Positions 1-9,821 of a stretch of 64,000 nucleotides of DNA are shown here, piece by piece (positions within the stretch are counted from its first letter, which is position 1; each line of letters starts with the position of its first letter). The translations under genes and the position numbers were made by a program. Origin of the DNA: an archaeon (lineage in GTDB: Archaea; Undinarchaeota; CAZHTU01; JBDRCC01); assembly GCA_043822065.1 (NCBI GenBank), contig JBDRCC010000020.1, positions 32,001-96,000 on the forward strand. The letters run 5' to 3'. Below the pieces are notes generated by a model. That model made no database searches and was not told the origin of the DNA. It saw only the letters and a program-made list of their open reading frames with translations.

Positions 1-267
1 GGGGGCGAGGTCTCAATCCTCGGGCTTTACTCAAAGCCGCCGCAAATCGACTGGTCAAAGGACATAGTCCTCAAGAATGTCACCCTCTACGGAATCAACG
101 GAAGGCTTATGTTCAAGACATGGGAAACCGTCGCATGGCTCCTCAGGGAAAAGGTCATCGACATATCGCCAGTCATCACCCACAAGTTCAAGCTGTCCGA
201 ATTCGACAAGGCGATGGAGGTCGCCCTTTCAGGAGAATGCGGCAAGGTCATAATGTTCCCAAAGTAG
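1..267 (+). CDS. tdh: L-threonine 3-dehydrogenase / Zn-dependent alcohol dehydrogenase, 3' part (gene starts before the window)
   Basis: Manual frame-1 translation GGEVSILGL...[15 protein letters not shown]...PVITHKF...[11 protein letters not shown] matches the Tdh C-terminus; not in the ORF track. Confidence 0.8.
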   Translation, partial: GGEVSILGLYSKPPQIDWSKDIVLKNVTLYGINGRLMFKTWETVAWLLREKVIDISPVITHKFKLSEFDKAMEVALSGECGKVIMFPK

Positions 268-311
268 CGCTGGCAGTCATTCTTATTCTGCTGGCAGGAG
301 GATGCATAGAA

Positions 312-764
312 ATGGCGAAACCAAAGGCAGGTCAGAACAGGATAGCGGTAGTTGACACGAGCAAAGGCGCGTTCAAGTTCGAGCTCTACGAGGCGCAGGC
401 GCCAGTCACCACTGCAAACTTCATCAAGCTGGCAAGCGCAGGCTTCTATAACGGGCTCACCTTCCACAGGTACGAGCCTGGCTTCGTCATCCAGGGCGGG
501 GACCCCAACGGCGACGGCACAGGCGGCAGCGGGGAAAATATCCCCCTTGAAATCAAACCTGAACTTAAGCACACCGCGGGGGCAGTCGGCATGGCGCGCT
601 CCCAGAACCCGAACTCCGCATCAAGCCAGTTCTACATCTGCCTTGACGACGCAAACTCCCTCGACGGCAATTATGCAGTCTTCGGGATGGTCACCGAAGG
701 CATGGACAACGTCCTCAAGCTGCGGGTTGGAGACGAAATCACCTCAATAACAATCGTGGGTTAG
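312..764 (+). CDS. Cyclophilin-type peptidyl-prolyl isomerase (alternative start at 237 adds a signal-like peptide)
   Basis: [41 protein letters not shown]; GGAGGA precedes ATG 312. Confidence 0.92.
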   Translation: MAKPKAGQNRIAVVDTSKGAFKFELYEAQAPVTTANFIKLASAGFYNGLTFHRYEPGFVIQGGDPNGDGTGGSGENIPLEIKPELKHTAGAVGMARSQNPNSASSQFYICLDDANSLDGNYAVFGMVTEGMDNVLKLRVGDEITSITIVG

Positions 765-842
765 TGCATGGCAGCTGCCGCCTGCGCATAAGCAATCCCG
801 CCCTTGGTGAAATATATATACCTGCGCCGCATTACGAAGAAT

Positions 843-2135
843 ATGGGAAAAACAGAGGGCATAATTCGGCGTGACAAGAGAGTTATCTCGCCATCTTTCG
901 CACGCTCATCGCCCGTGGTCTTTGAAAAAGGGAAAGGCTGCTACCTGTGGGATGTTGAAGGCAAGAAGTACCTGGACTTCCAGAGCTCCGTCACAGTGTG
1001 CGGCGTCGGCTACCAGAACCCGGATGTCAAAGCTGCAATCCGCAGCCAGCTGGACAAGCTGATGAACTGCAACTTCCCGGACTACTACTCCGAGCTGCCT
1101 GTGAAGGTTGCTGAAAAGCTGGTCACCAAGGTACCGATTCCAGGCCAGAAAAAGGTCTTTTTTGCAAACTCCGGCACCGAGTGCGTCGAGTGCGCGCTCA
1201 AGCTTGCGCGCTGGCATACCGGGAAGACAAACCTAATAGGGTTCTATGGGGACTTCCACGGCAGGAGCTACGGAGCGGTCAGCCTGACCTGCTCGAAAAA
1301 GCTCCAGCACCAGGGCTTCGAGCCGCTGCTGCCGGGCGTGAAGCACAGCCACTTTGCATACTGCTACCGCTGCCCCCTTAACCTGGAGTACCCAGGGTGC
1401 GGTGTCGCTTGCGCGGATTACCTGGAAGAGGTTGTGCTAACCGATTCTCCGCCAGAAAACACGGCTGGGCTCATCTTTGAGCCAATACAGGGCGAGGGAG
1501 GGTACATAGTCCCACCCAAGGAGTTCCTCCCGCGGGTGCAAAAAATCTGCAACCGGAACAAAGTCCTTTTCATCAGTGATGAGGTCCAGACCGGGCTGTG
1601 CCGGACTGGCAGGTGGTCTGCATCAGAGGTCTTCAAGATAAAGCCCGACGTTGTCCTGCTGTCCAAGTCAATAGCCAACGGCATGCCCTTCGGGGCGGTG
1701 ATTGCGAAAGAGAAATACATGCGCTGGCCCTCCGGGAGCCACTCCAACACCTTCGGCGGGAACGCGCTCGCATCAGCTGCGTCGCTCGCCGTGATAAATT
1801 ATATGGAGAAAAAGCGGCTGTGGAAGAATTCAGAACAGGTGGGCAAATTCGCGATGGAGCGGCTGGAGAGGATGAAGGAAAAATACCCGATAATCGGCGA
1901 TGTGAGGGGGAAAGGGCTCATGATTGGCGTTGAATTCATTAAGGACAGGAAGAAGACGCCGGCAGTGAAGGAACGGGACAAGATTGTGAAAACCGCCGTC
2001 CTGGAGGGCTTAATCCTTCTCGGCTGCGGCAAGAGCGTAATCCGGATAGCCCCGCCGCTTACCATAACCGAGGCGGAGATGGAAAAGGGGCTCAACTTGT
2101 TTGAGAAAGCGTGCAAGAGCGTGCGGACGTCCTAA
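843..2135 (+). CDS. Class III PLP aminotransferase (ornithine/4-aminobutyrate-like)
   Basis: NSGTE, FHGRS, EPIQGEGG, DEVQTG, PLP lysine in LSKSIANG, HSNTFGGN. Confidence 0.9.
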   Translation: MGKTEGIIRRDKRVISPSFARSSPVVFEKGKGCYLWDVEGKKYLDFQSSVTVCGVGYQNPDVKAAIRSQLDKLMNCNFPDYYSELPVKVAEKLVTKVPIPGQKKVFFANSGTECVECALKLARWHTGKTNLIGFYGDFHGRSYGAVSLTCSKKLQHQGFEPLLPGVKHSHFAYCYRCPLNLEYPGCGVACADYLEEVVLTDSPPENTAGLIFEPIQGEGGYIVPPKEFLPRVQKICNRNKVLFISDEVQTGLCRTGRWSASEVFKIKPDVVLLSKSIANGMPFGAVIAKEKYMRWPSGSHSNTFGGNALASAASLAVINYMEKKRLWKNSEQVGKFAMERLERMKEKYPIIGDVRGKGLMIGVEFIKDRKKTPAVKERDKIVKTAVLEGLILLGCGKSVIRIAPPLTITEAEMEKGLNLFEKACKSVRTS

Positions 2136-3097
2136 AACGCAGTTTTAGCCTTTAGTCCCTGGCCCCGTAGACTGATTTCAGCCATCACGCACTTGCCGTG
2201 CACGACCTCGATGCCATTGTTTTTGCTGAAACCGATGGCTTCTCCCGATTCCGAGCTAGGCTGCATCCACACCTTCTTTATTTCTGCGTCCTTGCACGCC
2301 CTGACGATTTTTTCCGTGACCTGCGGCGAGACGACAATGTCCACAACATCCGGCTTCTTCGGCAGGCTCTTCAGGTCAGGGTAGCACTTGCGCTCCAATA
2401 TCTTTTCCGCATTAGGATTAACTGGATAAGCCTCGTATCCCTGCGCCAGCAGGAACTTGAAAATTTTATGGCCGTATTTTCTAAAATTTGCCGAAGCCCC
2501 CACTACGGCATAAACATTTGTTTTCTCAAGAAACTTTTTTACCAGCGCCGCGTCGTCCTCGAAGCTCATCCCCATCTCATGCCACTCTGCGCCGCCGTGG
2601 GTGGACGCCGACTTGCCAGTGTAAACAAAGCCGAGCTTCCTGTAGTAATCAACCATGTTTTCCTTGCATATCAGCAGGACCTTTTCTTTTCCGAGCCCTT
2701 TGGAAATCTCCACAAACCTCTCGACCAGCCGCCTCGAAACCCCAAGCCCCCTGAACTCCGGCAGGACTGCGACAGTGAACACGACAACATTCTTCCCGCC
2801 CGGAACATGGCCAACCATGCCCTTCAGCTCCTCTGCACTGATGTCCTCCTTTTCTATTGTGGCGCCGTTTATTATGCCGATTATTTTCCCGCCCAGCTCG
2901 GCGACAAGAAATCCCTCTGGGAACAGCTCAATCCTTTTCCTGAACTTTTCCTCCGAAGCCACCTCAGGTGGAGGATAGCACCTGTCCTCAACAATCCACG
3001 CTGCATGCAAATCAGCCAGCCGCACCTGCCTGATGATTATCTCGTCCGGGCTCACCCCAATGCCCTCAGAAGCAGAGGTCACGTTTGCCATCTTCAA
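2132..3097 (-). CDS. GNAT acetyltransferase fused to a CoA-binding (YccU-like) domain
   Basis: VAVLPEFRGLG and STHGGAEW in the N-terminal part; VVGASAN, YPVNP, VWMQP in the C-terminal part; start uncertain. Confidence 0.8.
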   Translation of the reverse strand: MKMANVTSASEGIGVSPDEIIIRQVRLADLHAAWIVEDRCYPPPEVASEEKFRKRIELFPEGFLVAELGGKIIGIINGATIEKEDISAEELKGMVGHVPGGKNVVVFTVAVLPEFRGLGVSRRLVERFVEISKGLGKEKVLLICKENMVDYYRKLGFVYTGKSASTHGGAEWHEMGMSFEDDAALVKKFLEKTNVYAVVGASANFRKYGHKIFKFLLAQGYEAYPVNPNAEKILERKCYPDLKSLPKKPDVVDIVVSPQVTEKIVRACKDAEIKKVWMQPSSESGEAIGFSKNNGIEVVHGKCVMAEISLRGQGLKAKTAF

Positions 3098-4454
3098 GCT
3101 CCTTAAGCCGCTTTATGGTCAGCTCCCGCCTCTTTTTGCCCTCAATGCCCTTTAGCTGGTCCTCTATGACATTGTCCCCGAGTTTCCTCAGCTCTTCATC
3201 TGCATAGTCCAGCAGGTACTCCTTGAAAGTCAGAAGCGAGTTCGGCAGGCAGAAGTTCCTAATCAGCCCCGGTTTTGCCATGTCCATGAAGTCCTTTCCA
3301 GTCCTTCCCAGCCGGTAGCAGGCGGTACAGAAGCTCGGGCTGTAGCCCATCTTGCAGATGTCCTCCACAATTTCAGCCATTGACCTTGAGTCATGAAGCG
3401 TGAACTGCTCCGCATCCCCTTTGCTGTCCTCCGAATACCCGCCGGGGTTCGTCCGCGAGCCCGCGCTTATCTGCGAGATGCCCAAGCCGAAGACCTCGTT
3501 CCGCATCTTTGCAGTTTCCCTTGTAGACAGAATCATCCCAGTGTATGGGACCGCCAGCCTGAGTATTGCAACCATCTTCTTGAAGTCGCCATCCGAAACA
3601 GGCGCCGGCGGCGTGCATGCGGCGGGCGCGTTCAGCGCCGGCTCGAGCCGCGGGACGGAAATCGTGTGCGGTCCGACGCCATACTTCTCGTCAAGGTGCT
3701 TCGCGTGGTATAACAATCCCATGATCTCAAACTTATAATCATAAAGCCCGAACAGCGCGCCAATCCCGACGTCGTCAATCCCACCCTCCTTGGCGTTATC
3801 CATCGCATATAGCCTGTTCAGGTAGTGCGACTTCGGCCCAGAGACATGCATCTTTTCATACGTCGGGCGGTGGTAGGTCTCCTGGAACTCCTGGTATGTC
3901 CCTATCCCCTTCGCTTTGAGCCTCCTGTAGTTCTCGACGGTCTGCGGGGCAATGTTGATGTTAACCCGCCGTATCTCCCCCTTCCCGACCTTCGTCGAAT
4001 AAACAGTGTCAATAGCGTTCTCGAGGTACTCAATGTTCGCGGTGTTGTTGTCTTCTCCAGCGACAAGCAGGAGCCGCTTGTGTCCCTCCTTTTCGAGGAG
4101 CTCGACCTCGCGCCTTATTTCATCCGTTGACAATACCTTCCGTTTCAGCTCCTTGTTGTCCTTCCTGAAGCCGCAGTAAAGGCAGTTGTTTACGCAGACG
4201 TTCGTCAGGTAAAGCGGCGCAAAAAATACCAGCCTCTTGCCGTAAATATCCTCCTTTATCTTCCGCGCCGCAGTGAAAATCTTCTGTATTACTTCTTTGT
4301 CCTCTGTCTGGAGCAGGACGGCTGCCTCCGCCGGCGCCAGCCCCTTCAGCTTGAGCGCCTTTTCGACAACAGCAAGCGCTTCCGCGTGTGAAGCCTTCTT
4401 CCCCCTGGCAAGCTCTTCCTCTATTTTTTTCTGGTCAATGAAGCTTTCCATCAT
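3066..4454 (-). CDS. hydG: [FeFe]-hydrogenase maturase HydG (radical SAM)
   Basis: CVNNCLYC; GPHTISVPR; C-terminal CX2CX22C (CTAC-22aa-C), which short ThiH lacks. Confidence 0.9.
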   Translation of the reverse strand: MMESFIDQKKIEEELARGKKASHAEALAVVEKALKLKGLAPAEAAVLLQTEDKEVIQKIFTAARKIKEDIYGKRLVFFAPLYLTNVCVNNCLYCGFRKDNKELKRKVLSTDEIRREVELLEKEGHKRLLLVAGEDNNTANIEYLENAIDTVYSTKVGKGEIRRVNINIAPQTVENYRRLKAKGIGTYQEFQETYHRPTYEKMHVSGPKSHYLNRLYAMDNAKEGGIDDVGIGALFGLYDYKFEIMGLLYHAKHLDEKYGVGPHTISVPRLEPALNAPAACTPPAPVSDGDFKKMVAILRLAVPYTGMILSTRETAKMRNEVFGLGISQISAGSRTNPGGYSEDSKGDAEQFTLHDSRSMAEIVEDICKMGYSPSFCTACYRLGRTGKDFMDMAKPGLIRNFCLPNSLLTFKEYLLDYADEELRKLGDNVIEDQLKGIEGKKRRELTIKRLKELEDGKRDLCF

Positions 4455-5740
4455 AATCCCAAGTCCGTCGGAGCCCTTCCCAGCCTCTTCAGCAGGGCTA
4501 CGGTCTCATCGACGCTGTCCGCAGCCTCCGAGCCGCTTCCTGCCTTGTCCGGGTATATTGAATACAGCATCTTGTACTTTTTAGGCGTGACGTTAACCAT
4601 CAGCGAGTTCCCGCCAGACTTAAGCCCCTTCTCCTTCCCTTCCCTGCCAAGTGTCTCGACAGCAGTCGTTACAAGTATCTTCGCGTCCGGCTGCATAAGC
4701 CTTGAAACAGCGAGCGCCTTCATAGCCAGCTCCAGCGGCGGCTGCGCCTCCTTTCCCAGCGGCGTGTCAGGGTGCGGGATGAACGGCCCGAAGGAGTACA
4801 TCTCAGTCCCGAGCTCCTTTGTAAGCGCGATATCATTAACCAAGTCATCTTCCGTCTGCCCAGGAAGCCCAATCAGCCCCCCTGTCGCGATAAGGTAGCC
4901 CATCTTTCCAATCTCGCGTATCAGCTTCACCTTGTCTTCGAGCTTTTCTCCGGGGTGCAGCTTTGCATAAAGCTTAGGATTCGATGTCTCAAATCTCATC
5001 AGGCACGCCCTTGCGCCGGCGTCATAGAACTTCCTGTACGATTCCGCCGGCCTGTCCCCGAAGCTCACGAAAATCAGCGCACTGCACCTCTTCCAAACCT
5101 CGCGCACTACCCTTGCCAGGTCTTCGTCCGAATAATAGTCATCCTCGCCTGACTGTAAAACAAACGCTTTGAACCCAAGCTCCGTCGACGCCTTTTCCGC
5201 GGCTGCTATAATCTCGTCTGGCTCCATCCTGTACCTCTTCAACTCCTTGTTTCCTGCCCTCAGCCCGCAGTACTGGCAGTTCTGCTTGCAGTAGTTTGAG
5301 AACTCGATTATCCCGTGGACGCAGCATGCGTTCCCAAGAGCCCGGTGCCTCACCTGGTTTGCAGTCTCGTACAGCAGGCGGAGCTCGTTTTTGTCGGAAG
5401 TCTCCATCAGCCTGAGCCCGTCAGCCAAGCCCAAGTCAGGCGTCTGAGACGCCCTGTTGATTATCCGCCTAAACTCGCCAGAAACCTTTATGTCGTGGAC
5501 CTCTGCCTGCGCCTCGTCAGCTCCCTTCAGCTGGAAGAACAGCTCCCTCCATTCCTTTAATATCTCAAGCGCCTCATCCCCAGGTATCTTCCCCACGATA
5601 AAACCGCCCTGGGCGTAGACATATTCGCCAACTTTAGGCATTATAAGGTCCGCCCTTGCTTTCCTTATCTCGCCAAAATACTCAACATCAGCGTTCTGCC
5701 CGCTTATCGCAGCAACTCTGCCGGGTATCGCATAGCACAT
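4451..5740 (-). CDS. hydE: HypC/HupF-like domain fused to HydE-type radical SAM protein
   Basis: N-terminal MCYAIPGRV...VGEYVYAQGGF; CKQNCQYC; GPFIPHPDTPL; YSIYPDK; overlaps hydG start. Confidence 0.8.
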   Translation of the reverse strand: MCYAIPGRVAAISGQNADVEYFGEIRKARADLIMPKVGEYVYAQGGFIVGKIPGDEALEILKEWRELFFQLKGADEAQAEVHDIKVSGEFRRIINRASQTPDLGLADGLRLMETSDKNELRLLYETANQVRHRALGNACCVHGIIEFSNYCKQNCQYCGLRAGNKELKRYRMEPDEIIAAAEKASTELGFKAFVLQSGEDDYYSDEDLARVVREVWKRCSALIFVSFGDRPAESYRKFYDAGARACLMRFETSNPKLYAKLHPGEKLEDKVKLIREIGKMGYLIATGGLIGLPGQTEDDLVNDIALTKELGTEMYSFGPFIPHPDTPLGKEAQPPLELAMKALAVSRLMQPDAKILVTTAVETLGREGKEKGLKSGGNSLMVNVTPKKYKMLYSIYPDKAGSGSEAADSVDETVALLKRLGRAPTDLGL

Positions 5741-5800
5741 GCTATCCCTTTACTACCGTATTATAAATAATTTCTGCCCAGCCGCAACGCCGATGCAATA

Positions 5801-5818
5801 AGTTAGGCAAAACTAACT
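5801..5818. promoter_or_regulatory. DtxR/MntR-type operator 1
   Basis: Inverted repeat AGTTAG-GCAAAA-CTAACT upstream of the DtxR gene. Confidence 0.7.
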
Positions 5819-5838
5819 CTACAGAACATTTATATACA

Positions 5839-5856
5839 AGTTAGCCTAAACTAACT
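5839..5856. promoter_or_regulatory. DtxR/MntR-type operator 2, between TATA (5829-5836) and start codon
   Basis: Inverted repeat AGTTAG-CCTAAA-CTAACT, near copy of operator 1. Confidence 0.7.
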
Positions 5857-5861
5857 CTCCA

Positions 5862-6272
5862 ATGAAAAACAAAACGCGAGAGGACTACCTTCGTGCAATA
5901 TTCCTAATCTACGAAACCCAAACTAGAAACCTGGCTGGGGTAAAATCAGTCGATATCGCGAAATCCCTGGCGGTTTCAAAGCCGAGCGTTTCCAGCATGG
6001 TTTCCAAGCTTTCAAAGGAGGGGCTTGTCCGGGCTCATCCCTATGGATTGGTATTCCTTACAAAGAAAGGGATCTCTGAGGCAAAGAAAATAACAAAAAA
6101 GCACAGGGTAATCGAGGTTTTCCTGACTGATATCCTTGGCTACGCGATTAACGAAGCAGAAGACGAGGCTCACCGGCTTGAGCACGCGTTTTCTGACGAG
6201 TCCATAAAACGGCTCTCTAAGTTCCTAAACAATCCACGGAGGTGCCCGCATGGCAACAGAATCTATAGTTAG
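5862..6272 (+). CDS. DtxR/MntR family metal-dependent repressor
   Basis: EDYL, HTH, KHRVIEVFL, EAHRLEH, CPHG. Confidence 0.92.
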   Translation: MKNKTREDYLRAIFLIYETQTRNLAGVKSVDIAKSLAVSKPSVSSMVSKLSKEGLVRAHPYGLVFLTKKGISEAKKITKKHRVIEVFLTDILGYAINEAEDEAHRLEHAFSDESIKRLSKFLNNPRRCPHGNRIYS

Positions 6273-6519
6273 CAAGGTCCCCCTTACCTCCATAAAACCC
6301 GGCGAAAAAGCAGTTATAAAACAGATACATGGGGGCGTCGCCGCAACACAGCGGCTTACGGATATGGGGCTTACAATCGGAACAGAAATTGAAGTTACGA
6401 AATGTGCCCCCTTCCTGGGCCCGGTCTGCATACGCGTCCGCAACTCCTGCCTTGCGATAGGCTATGGGCTCGCTTCAAAGATTTCTGTGGTGAAGAAACT
6501 TGAACGAAAAAAAGCTTAG
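6250..6519 (+). CDS. feoA: Ferrous iron transport protein A
   Basis: RLTDMGLTIG, APFLGPV, LAIGYGLA; precedes feoB. Confidence 0.9.
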   Translation: MATESIVSKVPLTSIKPGEKAVIKQIHGGVAATQRLTDMGLTIGTEIEVTKCAPFLGPVCIRVRNSCLAIGYGLASKISVVKKLERKKA

Positions 6520-8419
6520 GATAGTGCTCGCTGGGAATGCCAACGTCGGCAAGAGCGTCCTCTTCAACGCCTTAACCGGCATGCACCAGCACATAGGCAA
6601 CTGGCCCGGAAAGACCATAGAAAAGGCAGAGGGCACTTTCTACTTCCATGACTACTTAATAGACGTCATAGACCTCCCAGGCATCTATTCCCTCTCCACC
6701 TTTTCAATCGAGGAGAAGATTTCCAGGGATTATATCGCCTTAGAAAATCCAGACGTCGTAATAAACGTTATAGATGCCTCTGTGCTTGAACGAAACCTTT
6801 TCTTCACCCTCCAGCTAATCGAGATGGGCGCCCCTCTCGTCGTTGCACTAAACCAGGTGGACCTAGCCAAGAAGAAAGGGATAACAATCGACCACGAAAA
6901 ATTATCAGAATTGCTTGGCGTCTCTGTTGTTCCGACGGTTGCAATCAAAGACAAAGGCATATCCGCGCTTCTTGCAGAGGTCGTTTCAGTTTCCAAACAA
7001 AAACAAAGGAGGCATGAGCTAAAATACGGCAAACAGGTCGAAGAGAAGATATCAGAAATAAGCAGGCTTCTCAAAAAACACCCACCTCTCTACCCTCCAA
7101 GGTGGATGGCAATCAAGCTCCTGGAAAAAGACCATGAAATAACAAAGCAGGCAGACTCCTCAATAGTCTCAAGGGCGGGGGTTCTCTCAAAACAGCTCGA
7201 GAAAATCCATGGCGAGACCTCTAGTGCAGTGATATCTGGCGAGCGGTACTTCATCGCGTCTGGCGTTGCAAAAAAGACGATGAAAAAAATCGAATACAAG
7301 GAGACCCGTTCCGACCGGGTCGACTACTGGGCAACCCACAGGATATTTGGCTATCCTATAATGCTCTTTTCCGTCCTTTTAACGTTCTTCGCCATCTTTT
7401 CCTTTGGCAACTATGCCTCCGAACTAATGGTCTCCTGGTTCGCTAACAGCCACCTCCTTGTTAACCTGGTCTTCGGCAGCGGCGCGTTATCCGAAATTGT
7501 ATGGAGCGCATTGGAGGGGCTGATTGCCGGCGTCACCATCGCACTTCCATACATCATCCCTTTCTACGTCGCCCTCTCTCTTCTCGAGGACACGGGATAC
7601 CTCTCAAGGGTCGCCTTCCTAACGGACAAGATAATGCACCAAATCGGATTGCACGGAAAGGCGTTTATCCCGCTCATACTCGGCTTTGGGTGCAACGTCC
7701 CTGCCTGCCTTGGCTGCAGGATAATGGAGCGCTACCGTGAGCGGTTCATAACCGCTTTTCTCGCGACCCTCGTGCCGTGCGCCGCGAGGACGGTCATCAT
7801 TATGGGGCTGGTTGCCGCGTATGTCGGCTTCGAATGGGCGATTGCCCTCTACCTTTTCGACATACTCATAATCTTCTTGCTGGGGAAGCTTGCAAACCGC
7901 GTGATGCCAGGCGAGCCGGTCGGGCTCATACTCGAGATGCACGCCCTCAGGAAGCCCTCAATAAAAATAGCGTTCAGCCAGGCGTGGTTCCGCGTGAAGG
8001 ACTTTATAACCGTGGCATTTCCAATAATCATAGCCAGCAGCATCGTAATAAAAATATTCGATATCTTCGGCCTTCTTACAAAACTCTCTGACCTGCTTTC
8101 GCCCGTAACGGTAGGATGGCTCGGCCTTCCATCCATAGTCGGGCTAATCCTAATCTTCGGGATACTGCGAAAGGAGCTTATCCTAATCATGCTCGCAACA
8201 CTTGTCGGCACCACCAACTTCGCTTCGGCGCTGAGCCCGCTGCAGATGCTAACTCTTGCCATTGTTACCATGCTCTACGTACCATGCGTCGCAACAATAG
8301 TGGCCCTGAAGAAGGAATTTGGCTGGAAAAAGGCAATCGGGATATCCGCTTTCGAGGTATTTTTTGCGATACTTGTTGCAGGCCTCGTGATGAGGGTGCT
8401 GGCGTTCGCTGTTTTTTGA
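6500..8419 (+). CDS. feoB: Ferrous iron transporter B
   Basis: [31 protein letters not shown], many TM helices. Confidence 0.96.
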   Translation: MNEKKLRIVLAGNANVGKSVLFNALTGMHQHIGNWPGKTIEKAEGTFYFHDYLIDVIDLPGIYSLSTFSIEEKISRDYIALENPDVVINVIDASVLERNLFFTLQLIEMGAPLVVALNQVDLAKKKGITIDHEKLSELLGVSVVPTVAIKDKGISALLAEVVSVSKQKQRRHELKYGKQVEEKISEISRLLKKHPPLYPPRWMAIKLLEKDHEITKQADSSIVSRAGVLSKQLEKIHGETSSAVISGERYFIASGVAKKTMKKIEYKETRSDRVDYWATHRIFGYPIMLFSVLLTFFAIFSFGNYASELMVSWFANSHLLVNLVFGSGALSEIVWSALEGLIAGVTIALPYIIPFYVALSLLEDTGYLSRVAFLTDKIMHQIGLHGKAFIPLILGFGCNVPACLGCRIMERYRERFITAFLATLVPCAARTVIIMGLVAAYVGFEWAIALYLFDILIIFLLGKLANRVMPGEPVGLILEMHALRKPSIKIAFSQAWFRVKDFITVAFPIIIASSIVIKIFDIFGLLTKLSDLLSPVTVGWLGLPSIVGLILIFGILRKELILIMLATLVGTTNFASALSPLQMLTLAIVTMLYVPCVATIVALKKEFGWKKAIGISAFEVFFAILVAGLVMRVLAFAVF

Positions 8420-8425
8420 TTTCTT

Positions 8426-9208
8426 TTAAAGCACTGGCCTTCTTTTCTTCATCTCAGCCATGTCCATGACCTCTACTTTGGGTTTTATCCCCTCGTAATA
8501 AGTCCTCACATTAAGCCCCTCAAACTTTTTCTTTAGTTTGGTTATCTCCTCTTCAGAGACTACTTCAATGCCTTTTCTCTTCCAGGGGACGTTTACGTAG
8601 GTCATATCCGGTTTTATCTTCCTCGCAAGCGCGGCCATTTTAGCAGCTGAACCCTTATTCTCATTCAAAAGCATCATCTGGAGGCAGAACTTCCCCTGAA
8701 ATCCCTTCCTGAATTTCCCTATTCCTTCGACCACTTCATCAAATTCGATCCCCATTGCCGGCCGGTTGACTTTCTTGAATGTTTTTCCATCAGCCGCATC
8801 AAGGGTCGCAACGACCATGTCCATCTTTTCCAGGTCATTTCTGACATCCCCCCTATGTAGAAGGCTTCCGTTCGTGAGAATTGCAACTGGTGTTTTCTCA
8901 TGCTTCGTGCCCTTCAGCGTTTTTCTTATCTCGTCCACCATCTCTCCAAGATTTTCCGCAAGCGTCGGCTCTCCAGTCCCAGAAAAAGTTATTATGTCAA
9001 ATTTTGGGTTTTTCTTGAGCGCATCCTGCAGGTCTTTACCAACAGCCCCTGTCCCGACAAAGACCCGCCTCGCGGCAGTTTTTTCAGTAGTGCTTCCCAG
9101 CTGGCAATAAATGCAGTCAAACGTGCACACTTTCCGCCTTGATATGGGGTCGACTCCAAGAGACCTCCCGAGCCGCCAGGAAGGCACTGGCCCGTATATC
9201 GTGCTCAT
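8426..9208 (-). CDS. Radical SAM protein of unknown function
   Basis: YGPVPSWRLGRSLG, CTFDCIYC, GEPTL. Confidence 0.85.
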   Translation of the reverse strand: MSTIYGPVPSWRLGRSLGVDPISRRKVCTFDCIYCQLGSTTEKTAARRVFVGTGAVGKDLQDALKKNPKFDIITFSGTGEPTLAENLGEMVDEIRKTLKGTKHEKTPVAILTNGSLLHRGDVRNDLEKMDMVVATLDAADGKTFKKVNRPAMGIEFDEVVEGIGKFRKGFQGKFCLQMMLLNENKGSAAKMAALARKIKPDMTYVNVPWKRKGIEVVSEEEITKLKKKFEGLNVRTYYEGIKPKVEVMDMAEMKKRRPVL

Positions 9209-9567
9209 CTGGACCTATGCTCCTCACACACGTTCTGCAGGCTCGCACTTTCCAGCATCCCCTGCTTAAATGATTCGATAGCGTCTTTTGCAGTTCCCAT
9301 AGCCCCGACGTAGACAGCTACACCCATCCCACAAAGAAGCTGAAGCGCCCGCGGGCCGAGCTCCCTGCAGACCAAAACGTCCGCTCCAGTCCGTTTTATT
9401 ATCTCCGGCGGAAGCCCAGTTCCGCCCATGTGCGAGCTCGTGTTCGGGAAAACTTTTACTTCCGCGGTTCCAGTATCATAAAGCGTGTACGTCCCGCACC
9501 TTCCGAAGTGCTGGGCTACAGGCGCGCCAAGCCCTCCATCTCCATCAGTTGGTATGCATAGTCTCAT
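9205..9567 (-). CDS. NifB/NifX family metal-cluster binding protein
   Basis: HFGRC motif, C-terminal C..H. Confidence 0.85.
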   Translation of the reverse strand: MRLCIPTDGDGGLGAPVAQHFGRCGTYTLYDTGTAEVKVFPNTSSHMGGTGLPPEIIKRTGADVLVCRELGPRALQLLCGMGVAVYVGAMGTAKDAIESFKQGMLESASLQNVCEEHRSR

Positions 9568-9821
9568 TTGCCCATTGCCTCCCTTCCCCTGCCCTTGTAT
9601 CCGATAAAGGCGAGAATCCCTGACGCAACCAGAAGTGCCTTCTCAAGCAGCGTCGGCAAAAATAATGCCATGGATAGGAGCATGGTTGGCAGCATGTACC
9701 TCCTGTACCAGCACCTGTCCTGCAGCGACGTCAAGTAGAATACAAAAGAGAATACGATAGCGCTTACCGCGATTGGAAGTGTCCCATAGGACTGTATGCT
9801 CTGGAGTATTGTCTCAAACAT
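9564..9821 (-). CDS. Small membrane protein
   Basis: Hydrophobic segments; translationally coupled within the operon. Confidence 0.55.
   Translation of the reverse strand: MFETILQSIQSYGTLPIAVSAIVFSFVFYLTSLQDRCWYRRYMLPTMLLSMALFLPTLLEKALLVASGILAFIGYKGRGREAMGK

Noticed and set aside
2198-3106. 302-aa plus-strand ORF
   Set aside because: Antisense shadow of the GNAT-CoA gene; no motifs
3066-5740. ThiH plus BioB/PylB interpretation of the two radical SAM genes
   Set aside because: The CX2CX22C extension, the YxxYxxK tail and their pairing fit HydG/HydE; no thi, bio or pyl genes nearby
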